Source: Nitrospirota bacterium (lineage in GTDB: Bacteria > Nitrospirota > UBA9217). From it: DNA of 64,000 bases. Position 1 is the stretch's first letter, and the number at the start of each line of letters is the position of its first letter. The translations under genes and the position numbers were made by a program. Positions 11,137 to 21,660 of the stretch are shown here, in pieces. The DNA lies in contig CAVUHW010000020.1 in NCBI GenBank assembly GCA_963741205.1, positions 32,001 to 96,000 on the forward strand, read 5' to 3'. Under the pieces are notes generated by a model, which saw only the letters and a program-made list of their open reading frames with translations, ran no database searches and was not told the DNA's origin.

Positions 11137-11451
11137 ATGGAAATACTCGATCTCAAGAAGCTCATCAAATTCAGTCCCGACAGGATCTCGCGCGAAATGC
11201 TCTCCGACAAGCCGGAAATGCGGGTCGCCCTCATGTGTCTCGAAGCGGGTCAGAAGCTCGATCCCCACAAGGCGCCGCTGCGGCTCATGATGTACTGCGT
11301 CCAGGGCAAAGGCACCTTCTCGGTCGGCGACGAGAAGATCGAAGCCGGCGAGAAGACCTGCATCCTCTGCGAGCCGAACGTCCCACATGGTTTCGCCGCG
11401 GACAAAGGCGAGAAGCTCGTGGTCATGGCGATCGTCACACCGGTGGAGTAG
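11137..11451 (+). CDS. Cupin-domain protein
   Basis: GAGGAGG RBS; LEAGQKLDPHKAP...GKGTF...PNVPHGF cupin motifs. Confidence 0.88.
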   Translation: MEILDLKKLIKFSPDRISREMLSDKPEMRVALMCLEAGQKLDPHKAPLRLMMYCVQGKGTFSVGDEKIEAGEKTCILCEPNVPHGFAADKGEKLVVMAIVTPVE

Positions 11452-11481
11452 TCTAGTCCCGTTGCACATTTCTTTAGCACC

Positions 11482-11499
11482 TTATGACACATATCATAT
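11482..11499 (+). promoter_or_regulatory. Crp/Fnr site 2, upstream of norCB
   Basis: TTATGA-CACATA-TCATAT; TGtTATGTT downstream. Confidence 0.75.
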
Positions 11500-11568
11500 T
11501 CAAATCGCTGCTAAACTTTGTTATGTTTGCCTCACGCGGGAATTCAATATCTTTTTAAGGAGGTGCAT

Positions 11569-12256
11569 ATGAGCAACAAGGCAGCAAGGAATCTCTTTAT
11601 CATCGGCAGTCTCATCTTTTTCGGGATATTTCTTGCGCTCACGTTCGACACGCTCGGACAACTCGACAAGAGGGCGCCGGAAATCACTCCCGATGTGGAC
11701 GCCGGCAAGATGGTCTGGCACAAGTATGATTGCATCGGATGCCACACCATCTTCGGGAACGGTTCGTACTTTGCCCCGGACATGACCAAGGTCGCGGAGC
11801 GAAAGCCCAAGGGGTACCTCAAGAAGTTCATGATGGACCCCAAGGCCGTGAAGGCGTACGCCGCCATGCCGACCCTCGGCATCACGTCGGATGAGGCGGA
11901 CAAGCTGATCGCGTTCTTCGAGTGGATCGACAAGGTAGACACGAACGGCTGGCCGCCGAAGCCCATTCTGGCGACCGCCGCAGGGGTCGGAGGAAAAGAG
12001 CTTACCGCCGGACAGCAGGTCTATCGGTCACAGGGATGTCATGAATGCCACACCATCAACGGGATCGGCGGCACGTCGGGACCGGACCTCACGAAGGTCG
12101 GGAGCCAGGCATGACAGGGAATGGTTCATCGGCCACTTCAAGGACCCGCAAAAGTTCGTTAAGAATTCGGCCATGCCGCCCGTCACGGCATCGGACGCGG
12201 AGATCGAGCAACTGACCGCCTACATGCTGACGCTCAAGGAGGAGGTGACAAAATGA
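11569..12256 (+). CDS. norC: Nitric oxide reductase cytochrome c subunit, di-heme form (frameshift near 12105)
   Basis: N-terminal TM; GKMVWHKYDCIGCHTIFGNGSYFAPDMT...MP; second domain CHECH...GPDLT...SAMP; overlaps the norB start. Confidence 0.9.
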
Positions 12257-13644
12257 CGATGAAATATCAGAGTCAAAAGATAGCGCAGTACTTTTACACC
12301 TTTGCGATCCTGTTGTTCCTGGTCCAGGTCATCGTCGGCATCGTCGCCGCTTTGCAGTTCATCTGGCCGGACTTCTTCATCCTGAAGTTCAACATCATCA
12401 GGACGCTTCATATCAATGCCCTCGTGGTATGGCTTTTGGCCGGGCTCATGGGAGCGACGTACTATGTCGTGCCCGAGGAATCGGAAACCGAGATCTGGAG
12501 CTATCCCCTTGCCCTGTTCCAGTTCTGGGCAACGGTCGTCGCTATCACCGGCGTCGTGCTCGGGTACATCTGGCAGGGTATCGATCCCCAGGCGAACAAG
12601 CTGGTCTTCGGGACCCTTGTCTTGAATGAAGGCCGGGAATATATCGAGGCCCCGCGCTGGGCGGACATCCTGATCGTCGTCTCGGTGCTCCTGTTCCTGT
12701 TCAACAATTTCATGACCATGCTCAAGACGAAAAAGTGGACCGGCATGCAGGGCGTCCTTCTGGGCGGGCTCCTGTTCCTCGCGCTCATGTACCTGCCGGG
12801 CATGTTCTACACCAAGAGCATGGTGAAGGACCAGTTCTGGTGGTGGTGGGTGATCCATCTCTGGGTTGAAGGCGCATGGGAAGTGATCGCCGGAGCGCTC
12901 CTTGCCTTCATGCTGATGAAGGTGATCGGCGCAAAGCGCGAAGTGCTGGAGAAGTGGATGTACATCGAGGTCGGCCTCGTGATGTTCACGGGCATCCTCG
13001 GCACCGGGCATCACTACTACTGGATCGGGACGCCGAAGTACTGGCTCTGGGTAGGCGGGTTCTTCAGCTCCCTCGAACCGGTCCCGCTTCTTCTCATGGT
13101 GTGGGACGCCTTCCGGACCACGCGTGAAGCACGGAACGTGACAAACAGGGCGGGCCTCTACTACACCGTGGCCCATGCCATCTTCAACTTCGTGGGCGCG
13201 GGCCTCTGGGGCGTGATCCACACCCTGCCGCAGGTGAACAAGTGGACCCACGGCACGCAGATCACCACGGCCCACGGCCACCTCGCGTTCTACGGCGCCT
13301 ATGTGCTGCTCGTGATGTCCATGATCTACGTGACCCTGCCGGCGCTCAGGGGCGTCAAGGAATATGATCCTGGAAAGGCCTTTGCTTCGTTCTGGTGGAT
13401 GACGATCTCGATGGTGTTCATCGTGATGGCCATCACCGGCGCGGGCATGGTCCAGACCTATATGGAACGGCTCATGGGCCTCGACTATGTGGCGGTGAAG
13501 GCGAATTACAACCTCTGGTTCTGGATCATTCGGGCGATCTTCGGCGTCGGATTCCTGGTCGGCGTCGCGATCTTCGTCGTGGACTTCTTCACGCTGGGGA
13601 ATAAGCCGTACCCGGCGCTCCAGACGGCAAAAGAACGCGGATAA
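12253..13644 (+). CDS. norB: Nitric oxide reductase large subunit (cNOR)
   Basis: RTLHIN, GREYIE, WWVIHLWVEGAWE, GTGHHYYWIG, SSLEP, HGHLAFYG; about 12 TM helices. Confidence 0.96.
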   Translation: MTMKYQSQKIAQYFYTFAILLFLVQVIVGIVAALQFIWPDFFILKFNIIRTLHINALVVWLLAGLMGATYYVVPEESETEIWSYPLALFQFWATVVAITGVVLGYIWQGIDPQANKLVFGTLVLNEGREYIEAPRWADILIVVSVLLFLFNNFMTMLKTKKWTGMQGVLLGGLLFLALMYLPGMFYTKSMVKDQFWWWWVIHLWVEGAWEVIAGALLAFMLMKVIGAKREVLEKWMYIEVGLVMFTGILGTGHHYYWIGTPKYWLWVGGFFSSLEPVPLLLMVWDAFRTTREARNVTNRAGLYYTVAHAIFNFVGAGLWGVIHTLPQVNKWTHGTQITTAHGHLAFYGAYVLLVMSMIYVTLPALRGVKEYDPGKAFASFWWMTISMVFIVMAITGAGMVQTYMERLMGLDYVAVKANYNLWFWIIRAIFGVGFLVGVAIFVVDFFTLGNKPYPALQTAKERG

Positions 13645-13670
13645 TAGCTGTTGTTTCACGATGCATATCA

Positions 13671-13706
13671 GGGGGGACTGCTTATTGCCGTCCCCCCTTT
13701 TTGTTT
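13671..13706 (+). terminator. Intrinsic terminator after norB
   Basis: GGGGGGAC...GTCCCCCC followed by TTTTTGTTTT. Confidence 0.85.
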
Positions 13707-13837
13707 TATGAACTCTGAGAAAAAGAACTCAGGTGCTTTGCATCGTCGGTGGAATTCTGATAAAGTAAGGGAAAATGACTCACTGACCGGCGAGCGCCAC
13801 CAAGTGCTCGTTAGGGAGAACGGGGCATACAACAATT

Positions 13838-14224
13838 ATGAAAAAAATCCTGCTGATCGATGATGATGCGGCATTTCTAAGACTGCTCCAGGAATACGTC
13901 GAGGAGCGCTATCCCGGCCTCAGGATCACGACCTGCAACGATCCGGTGAAATGCCTGGCCGAAATCTCGAATGACCTCGATCTCCTTCTTGTAGACCTGG
14001 AGATGCCGGGCCTGGACGGCTCCAAGGTACTCTCCTATGCCGTCTCAAAGGGGATGAGCAAAAACCGGATCATCATTCTGTCGGGACGTGATGCCGAGTA
14101 TCTCCATAAACGATTTCCCATGGGAAGTTGTTTGGCCGTGCTCAACAAGTTCGAGGGCGAACAAAGGACCGTTTTAGACATGGTCTTTAAATCTTTGCAG
14201 CAGAAAAGCGGGGAGAAGGACTAA
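13838..14224 (+). CDS. Single-domain response regulator
   Basis: ILLIDDD...LVDLEMPGLDG...IILSG. Confidence 0.85.
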   Translation: MKKILLIDDDAAFLRLLQEYVEERYPGLRITTCNDPVKCLAEISNDLDLLLVDLEMPGLDGSKVLSYAVSKGMSKNRIIILSGRDAEYLHKRFPMGSCLAVLNKFEGEQRTVLDMVFKSLQQKSGEKD

Positions 14225-14272
14225 GGAATAAGGACTGAGGCGTCCCGGATTGATCATCCCGAACGATATCAG

Positions 14273-14630
14273 CTAATATACATCATACCGGCGTTGCACG
14301 ATAAAGTCATGAATCTCCACGAAGATGTTGAACCATGTCTGATCAGCGACTGTTTCGATGGCTGCTCCGATTTCAAACGAATTTTCCTTCTTCAAACAAT
14401 ATTTAACGCGAATCCCGCATGATACGTTTTGAGAAAGCATCTGGGGGATCGAGATAATGCATTCCGTATGCGCGTCGGCGGAAAACGGGACCGGGCTTAC
14501 AAACAGAATGCCGTGCCGGCTGAAGTTGTCCATGGCGACCGCAACGAGAGCATGTCGTCCTCTCAGTTTTACTTCGTTGACGCCCCTCTACGACATGATA
14601 GCGCTCCTCAAGCAGCGATAGAAGATGAGA
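14273..14630 (-). CDS. PilZ-domain protein (5' part frameshifted or degraded)
   Basis: NFSRHG matches the PilZ D/NxSxxG motif followed by a beta-barrel pattern; start not resolved. Confidence 0.5.
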
Positions 14631-14710
14631 AGGCCCTCTTGAAGCCTCTGCGACCGGTTTTATTGAAATCCGCTCGCCGGTTCTACTTCACATCAACCTG
14701 AAAGAGCAGT

Positions 14711-16237
14711 CCTGATAACTGCGCTGGGACTTTTTCACTCACATTCCCCAACGAGGGCGCACTGATCAAGCGATACATCTTGCCCTTGACTCTTGAGCCC
14801 GCTAGGGCGCCAGACTTACCTCGTAACAGCCATGCCTGATGCGATGACAGAACTCAAACTTATCATCGCCTACCGCCAACTGAGGATGACTCGCTCCCGC
14901 ATGATGCACAATCCGCCCGGCTATCTGAACCAGCTTCCAACGAAACGTGGCCATAGTATGCCGCGCCGACGTTTCGATGCAGGAAAGTCGTTTGAACCCA
15001 AGGAAAAGATTGTAGGCGATCACGCCAATGCGGAAATACACGGCATTGGCGTAGCTTTGACCGCAAGGCATCTGATCCTGGCCGAAGCCGTATTTGAGCT
15101 CTTTATTGAAGTTCTCCGCCTGCCCGCGCTGATTGTGCCAGCTTAGCACCGTCTGTGCATCCTTTTCTCCTCCGGCCAGTTCGACGCCACTGCATAGTGA
15201 TGATACTTTCCACAGGTTGCATCAAACAGGTCCTGCTGCTTCCGAAGTTCACGCTTTATCACCAGGCGGAATGATGCTTTCGTCTTGTTCATCGTATGTA
15301 CGGCATCGGCAAGCTCATAACCACAGCCCTTTTGCGGCTCTCTCCATGCCGCTTCCGGGATCGTTGTGATAAGCTCCTGCACCGCCGCGTCCTGATCCGC
15401 AGTAATCGTCCACAGCACCGTGTCTTCTTCCAACTCGTTGATGAACTCCGCCTGATAGGAGGCGCTGTCGGCCGAGACCTGGCTATCCGCTTACTTTTGG
15501 GCAAGCACTCTTGGCATCGACGGTAAAACGCCACATGACCGGCAGCGGGTGATTCGTTGCCTTCGCGAAATTCATCGAGCAGGCAAATGGCGGGCTCGAT
15601 CAGAAACCCCACATCGGCATATACCCTTTGTCGCCCTGGTAGGTAAATCGAGCGTCCGCTTTTTCCGCCTCTACCTGCATGGCGTCCATATCGAGAGTGT
15701 ATCCAATAGGGGATCTCGTCGCAGTAACCGATGATTAAGAATGTCCCGAATCTGTCCGAGACAAATGAGCCCTGTCTGATTGTTCTTTGCGTCTCCCATG
15801 CGGCGCAGCCAGTCGCCGATAGTATCGGGGTCGGGAATCTTTTCCCGATAAACCAGATTAAGCAAAGGCTTTTCCTGATGTAACTCACGCATATCTTCGA
15901 GACGACGGCCTCCTGCCTGGAGCATTAGAACCAGAGTGTCTACAAATGCCGAGGGATAATAGCCGCGATTGCTGCCCGGTTCCGGCAGATGCTGGTCGGC
16001 GAGCTCTCGGAGACCCATACTGTGATTGTATTCCGCAAGGAGGGCAAAGCCCGCATGAGCGGTCAACTCCTCGCTCGTTTTTTCGAGCTTGAATCCGAAC
16101 ACGGTTTGTCGTATCATGCTTTCACCTTGTTGGTTAAAGGGATTTGCTTGGTGGCAATCCTTTTATACCCGCTCTGTGAGCGGCCAGCAAGGTTTTTTTA
16201 TTGCATAAACGACTTTTGGATAAATTGCGGAATCAGC
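14711..16237 (-). mobile_element. IS1380-family insertion sequence
   Basis: Carries an IS1380 transposase; candidate left end GCTGATTCCGCAATT (minus, 16223-16237); right end near CCTGATAACTGC at 14711 is uncertain. Confidence 0.7.
14802..16117 (-). pseudogene. IS1380 transposase (DDE_Tnp_1_4), split across several frames
   Basis: LTAHAG, GSNRGY, PDPDTIGDWL, EFREGNESP, HNQRGQAENFNKELKYG, ANAVYF.IGVIAYNL. Confidence 0.88.
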
Positions 16238-16245
16238 CGATTGCC

Positions 16246-16263
16246 TTATGACCTGTATCATAG
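16246..16263 (+). promoter_or_regulatory. Crp/Fnr site 3
   Basis: TTATGA-CCTGTA-TCATAG; TGgTATGAT -10 hexamer at 16284 (38 nt offset). Confidence 0.75.
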
Positions 16264-16294
16264 CGCCTGACCCCTAATCCTGGTATGATTGACC

Positions 16295-17246
16295 ATGAAC
16301 TTAACGGCCTATCGCAGAATAACCCAGGTGTCGTTCATCCTGTTCATCTTCCTGATGCCGGTGTTCAACATATTCCGGTATGACACGGCAACACACGAAT
16401 TGATCCTCTTCGGCAATGTCTGGAGCCTGGGGTTGAAGCAGGGCTTTTATGCGGACCAGAGCGCTATCGGCGCGCTGCATATCGCCCTCCAGTTTTTTCT
16501 GAAAGCCATCCTCCCCTGGCTCGTGTTCCTTGCCCTGTTCCCGCTCCTCGGCTACTTCACGGGACGGTTCTTCTGCGGCTGGCTCTGCCCCGAAGGGGCG
16601 CTCTTCGAGCTGTCCGATTTTCTGACGCTGCGGCTTCTCGGCAGAAGAAGTCTCTATTCAAAAAAGCCGAACGACCCCGATATACCCCGAGAAAACAGAC
16701 TCCGCTACGTCGATCATCGCTCTGCTGAGCATCGTCGTGATTCCTCTCGTCGGAGGTGTTGCACTCACCGGCTATCTCGTGGCGCCGAAAACCATCTGGC
16801 ACCAGATCACGACGTGGCACTTCACCTTCGGCGTAAAGGCCGGGATCATCGGCGTCGCGATCTACATGCTCATCACCTCGATCCTCGTACGCCACGTGCT
16901 GTGCAGGTTCATCTGCGCAGCAGGGCTCATGCAGATGCTCTTCGGCTGGATCAGCCCCTTGTCCCTCAGGCTCCGTATGGACACCGCGCGGATATCGAAA
17001 TGCACTGACTGCAAGGGCTGTGACAGGGCATGTTTCATGAACGTCACTCCGAGAAAAAACAAGCGGGACATCTCCTGCGTGAACTGCGGGGCCTGCGTTG
17101 ACGCGTGCAATCAGGAACTCGGGCAAAGGCAATGGCCTTTTCCATCTCGGTTTCGGAAAAGCCTGCGTCACAGCCCGAAGAAAATCTGCAAGAAATTCAT
17201 ATCGGATGAAACAGTTAATACGTACATCTGTTTCGTAGATCATTAA
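16295..17246 (+). CDS. NapH/CcoG-family 4Fe-4S membrane protein (frameshift near 16710)
   Basis: GRFFCGWLCPEG, LCRFICAAG, CTDCKGCDRAC, CVNCGACVDAC. Confidence 0.88.
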
Positions 17247-17644
17247 CTCGTCGTCCGGATATCTATCGAGCACCGTCTGTCTTTACAGCTGCCGATAAAT
17301 CCTCTTGCGACATAAACGCTCATCCCTCAAGCGTACCTGGTGATTATCAACGCGTCGCGTTGTAGCTTTGCCTGCGAAAATCATCCAACACTGTTACATT
17401 TCGAACCGATCAACCGTTGAAACAATCTGCAGTTAACGTCAGAATACTCCCTTTATTCATATTTCTGCATATTCTTGACAGCCCTTCATCCTTCCGCTCT
17501 AGCCCTGTGATATAATAGCCGCATGGACGACATCGAGAACAATATCGTGTTCTCCCCTGCCTCGCTTCGCTTCGATAAATATCGCGCCACTCTGTCTCTT
17601 CCTTGCAACATTAAGATATTTTTTGATTAGCGCGTCAAATCGAC

Positions 17645-17693
17645 TTGACAATTTTCGCCATTATGGTAAATTAAGGTCTTAAATATCCTAATT
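17645..17693 (+). promoter_or_regulatory. Sigma70 promoter with overlapping AT-rich inverted repeat (candidate Rrf2 operator)
   Basis: TTGACA-N16-TAAATT with extended TG; AATTAAGGTCTT-A-AATATCCTAATT at 17669-17693. Confidence 0.6.
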
Positions 17694-17716
17694 ACATCTT
17701 ACAGGAGGTAACGACC

Positions 17717-18337
17717 ATGTCTGAACATTGCTGCGGTATCCAGGTTGGACAAACTGTACCTGACTTCAAGCTCGAAACCTACGAGCCCACAAGGGGCGAT
17801 TTCGGCGAAATCAGCCTCGCGGGCCCAGATGGCGGCGAAGAAATGGACTGTTCTTTTCTTCTACCCCGCCGATTTTACCTTCGTCTGAGCGACGGAATTT
17901 GCTGCTCTGGCAGAGCAGTATGATGAATTCAAGAAGGCCGGCGCCGAGATCGTGACAGTAAGCACGGACACGAAATTCGTGCACCTTGCGTGGCAACGGG
18001 ACGAAAAGATGCTCGAAAAAGTCAAGTATCCCATGGGCTCCGATCCGACCGGCAACCTCTCCCGGATGTTCGGCGTATACGATGAAGCAATTCCGGTCTC
18101 GCACCTCCGCGGCACATTCATCATCAGCCCGGACGGCGTCCTGCTCAATGCCGAAATCAATTTTTACAATCTCGGCAGAAACGTTCAGGAACTCCTGCGA
18201 AAAGTCAATGCCAACATTCACCTCGCGGCGAATCCCGCCGAAGCCTGCCCCACAAAGTGGAGCAAAAGAAGGCGACAAGACGTTGAAGCCCTCCGCCAAG
18301 ATGGTCGGCAAAGTTTACGAGGCGCATGAACAAATGA
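17717..18337 (+). CDS. prxU: Selenocysteine-containing AhpC/Prx1 peroxiredoxin
   Basis: FFYPADFTFV-TGA-ATEF puts TGA (17886-17888) at the peroxidatic Cys; VSTDTKFVH, LRGTFII, GRNV, EACP; indels near 17825 and 18270. Confidence 0.88.
17901..17919 (+). promoter_or_regulatory. Candidate bacterial SECIS hairpin
   Basis: GCTGCTCT-GGC-AGAGCAGT stem 12 nt after the in-frame TGA, with G in the loop. Confidence 0.7.
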
Positions 18338-18338
18338 C

Positions 18339-18738
18339 ATGCTGATAACCAGAGAAACGGATTACGCCGTTCGTACGGTTTTGTACCTGGCAAGAGACCG
18401 GGACCGCAGTGCGAGCGTCACGGAAGTGGCCGATGCGATGCAGATCCCGAAAAGCTTTCTTGCCAAGGTCCTCCAGCGTCTGGTACGGCAGTCATATCCT
18501 GACCTCTATCGCGGGGCGTCAACGGCGGTTTCCGTCTTGCTAAGAAACCTTCGGAAATCAGCCTGCTCACCATCATGGAAGCCGTTCAGGGGCCTGCCGC
18601 AATCAATGTCTGCGCCATCGACAGCAAGCGATGCCGCCTGAGCTCGACCTGTTCCGTCCACCCTGTCTGGGTGGATATCCGGAAGGAGCTGGAAAAACGG
18701 CTCAAAAGGAAACGATCGACAAGCTGATAGACAGCTAA
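18339..18738 (+). CDS. Rrf2-family regulator with three Cys (IscR/NsrR-like; frameshifted)
   Basis: TRETDYAVR...IPKSFLAKVLQRL...RGVNGGFRLAK...CAIDSKRCRLSSTCSVHPVW. Confidence 0.9.
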
Positions 18739-18796
18739 CATAATTGCTGCCCAGTAAAACTGGACCCTGGTGGTCCATGCACAAGGAGGCAATAGT

Positions 18797-20199
18797 ATGA
18801 GCGATTATCAATACGATAATCAGACGGTGAAGGGCTTTATCCTCTCCTCGATCTTCTGGGGCGTGGTCGGCATCGTGATCGGGCTCTGGATCTCGGTGCA
18901 GATGTGGATGCCGTCGTGGAACATCCCGCCCTATTTCACCTTCGGCCGGCTCCGGGTCGTGCACACGAACGGGCTCGCCTTCGGGCTCGGGATCGGCGCG
19001 ATATTCGGGATCTCCTACTACATCGTCATGCGGCTGACCAAGCGGCCCCTCCTCTTCCCGAAGCTCGCGCGGTTTCATCTCTGGCTCTTCAATATCGCCA
19101 TTACGCTGGCGGCGCTCTGGCCTCTTTGCCGGCATGAACCAGTCGCTCGAATACGCGGAGCTTGAATGGCCCCTGGACATCGGCGTGGTGATCCTCTGGG
19201 TCATCTTCGCCGTCAATATCTTCGGCACCGTCATCAAGCGCAAAGAGGACCAGATGTACATCTCCCTCTGGTTCATCCTCGCGACGGTCGTCGCCGTTGC
19301 CGTGCTCTATATCGTGAACAACCTGGCGATCCCCGCGGGTCTGACAAAATCCTATTCCCTCTTTGCGGGAGTAAACAGCGCCAACGTGCAGTGGTGGTAC
19401 GGCCACAACGCCGTAGGGTTCATCTTCACCACGCCGATCCTCGCGATGTTCTATTATTTCCTGCCGAAATCAACGGGGCTGCCGATTTACAGCCACCGGC
19501 TCTCCATCATCGCCTTCTGGTCGCTCGTATTCGCCTATCTCTGGACCGGCGCTCATCACCTGGTCTACACGCCGCTTCCTGACTGGATCCAGACCCTCGG
19601 CATCGCCTTCACGATATTTCTGATCGCGCCGTCCTGGGGCTCCGTGATAAACGGCTACTACACCGTGGGGGCCGACTGGTCGAAGATGCAGACGAACTAC
19701 CTGACGAAGTTCTTCGTGCTCGGCATCACCTTCTACGGCCTTCAGACGGTCCAGGGGCCGACCCAGGGCCTCCGGGTCGTGAGCCAGCTCATCCATTATA
19801 CCGACTGGGTGCCCGGCCACGTGCACATGGGCACCATGGGCTGGGTGACCATGACCGTGGTCGCCTCGATCTACTACATCATTCCGAAGATCTACAACAC
19901 GCAGATCTACAGCGAGAAGATCGCCAACATCCACTTCTGGCTCGTCTTGATCGGGCAGCTCATCTTTTCGATCACCATGTGGATCACCGGCATCATGCAA
20001 GGCGCCCTCTGGAAGGCGACGAACCCCGACGGGAGCCTCAAGTACACGTTCATGGAGGGGCTCGCGAAAAACTATCCCTTCTGGCAAATGCGAACGCTCG
20101 GCGGCGTGATCTTCACGGTCGGCATGCTCTTTTTCATCTACAACATCTTCATGACCATGCGCAAGGGGAAGCTTGAACTTGCGCCGGTGAAAGGCATAG
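18797..20199 (+). CDS. ccoN: cbb3-type cytochrome c oxidase subunit I
   Basis: FGRLRVVHTN, EYAELEWPLD, QWWYGHNAVGF, WTGAHHL, YTDWVPGHVH; indels near 19120 and 20190. Confidence 0.96.
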
Positions 20200-20210
20200 G
20201 GGGTGATACT

Positions 20211-21148
20211 ATGGCTGGCAATCTCTACAACAAACCGATACTGTTCGCGATCGTCGCGGCCGTCGTCATCCTGATCGGGACCGCGGCTGACCATGTTCAT
20301 CCCGATGCTGACATCGGAGATGCATCCGAAACTCGCAAACCTCAAGCCCTATACCGCGCTCCAGCTCGCGGGCAAGGACATCTACCAGCGTGAAGGCTGC
20401 AACAACTGCCACACCCAGACGGTGCGTCCGCTCAAGACAGAGGTCATGCGCTACGGCGAATACTCGAAGGCCGGTGAATTCGCTTACGACCGCCCCTTCC
20501 TCTGGGGGTCGAAGCGCACGGGCCCGGACCTGGCGCGCATCGGCGGCAAGTATCCCGATCAGTGGCATGAGATTCACTTTGATAATCCGCAGTCAATGTA
20601 CCCGGAATCCAACATGCCGGCCTACGGGTGGCTCAAGAACAATAAGCTCGATCCTGCAGGAGATCGCATCGCACATGAAGGCGAACGATTTCCCCTATGC
20701 GTCCGACGAAATCGTGAATCTCAAGGACAAGACCGAACTCGCCGCGCTGATCGCGTATGTGCAGGTGATCGGAACGTCGGTCAAGAAAGCTCCTGCCGCA
20801 GCTTCGCAGCCAGCTGTGAAGGAAACGCATATCCCGAACCCGCTGGCCGGCGACCCTGTTGCAATCAAGCAGGGCGCCGCCTTGTTCAAACAGCACTGTG
20901 CCGCATGCCACGGCGACAACGGCCAGGGAGGCATCGGTCCCAGCCTGCTCGATAATACGTTCCTGTATATTGCCGGCGATGTGCCTGACGACGATTATTT
21001 CGAGATCATCAACAACGGCACCCAGCCTGGAATGATTGAGGATGGGCGGACGGCAAAAGGCGGTATGCCCTCCTATTCCAGCACGATCGAGAAGAACAAG
21101 ATCTGGGCGCTGGTTTCCTACATCAGATCCCTCCAGGGGAAAAAATAA
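20211..21148 (+). CDS. ccoO: cbb3 subunit II fused to a C-terminal cytochrome c (CcoP-like) domain
   Basis: GKDIYQREGCNNCHTQTVRP, PFLWGSKRTGPDLARIGGKY, SNMPAY, then NPLAGD...CAACHG...GPSL...GGMP. Confidence 0.92.
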
Positions 21149-21158
21149 GGAGGCACCT

Positions 21159-21345
21159 ATGGCTGAAGAAATCGACAACATACACGACTTCGAAGCAAAG
21201 GATACGGCAAAAAAACTTCCCGCTGGGATGGCAGATGCTGTTCTGGGGCCTGATTCTCTGGGGAATCTACTACACCGCCGCGCATACTCCTGCCATCAGC
21301 GGATGGTCCCAGGAGCGCGCGTATACGGAGTCCTTGAAACCGTAG
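21159..21345 (+). CDS. Small CcoP/FixP N-terminal-like membrane protein
   Basis: AGGAGG RBS; MAEEIDNIHDFEAKDTAKKLP.GWQMLFWGLILWGIYYTAAHTPAISGWSQERAYTESLKP (one indel). Confidence 0.72.
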
Positions 21346-21420
21346 AGCCCCTTAGGGCCGCGATCGCAGTCTATCACGCGTCCCCGACCCAGTTCCTTCC
21401 CTTGCATCGGGGAGGTAATG

Positions 21421-21508
21421 ATGGATATATCCATTGTCGCCACGATCGGATTTACCACGGCGCGTGATCGGGATCATCGTACTCGTTTTTGCGGCGGGAA
21501 AAGGGTAG
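21421..21508 (+). CDS. About 28-aa single-TM micropeptide, copy 1
   Basis: GGAGG RBS; MDISIVATIGFTTAVIGIIVLVFAAGKG after removing one base. Confidence 0.6.
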
Positions 21509-21529
21509 AGCAAAAGCGACGGTGTACTA

Positions 21530-21624
21530 ATGGATATATCGAATCGATTCGCCACAATACGGATTCACCACGCGCCGCCAGTAATCGGCATCATTCGTCC
21601 TCGTTTCTTTCAGCGGGAAAATGA
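21530..21624 (+). CDS. Single-TM micropeptide, copy 2 (indel-ridden)
   Basis: ATGGATATATC...GCCACAATACGGATTCACCAC...GTAATCGGCATCAT...GCGGGAAAATGA parallels copy 1. Confidence 0.5.
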
Positions 21625-21660
21625 AAATTGAGCGAACCCTCCGAGAATTGAGGGCATTTC

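Noticed and set aside
17250-17460. Minus-strand gene remnant between the ferredoxin and Prx genes
   Set aside because: Stops in all frames and no recognisable family.
19134-20393. Apparent ccoN-ccoO fusion ORF
   Set aside because: Removing one A near 20190 restores TAG at 20197, followed by an RBS-like GGGGTGA and ATG at 20211.
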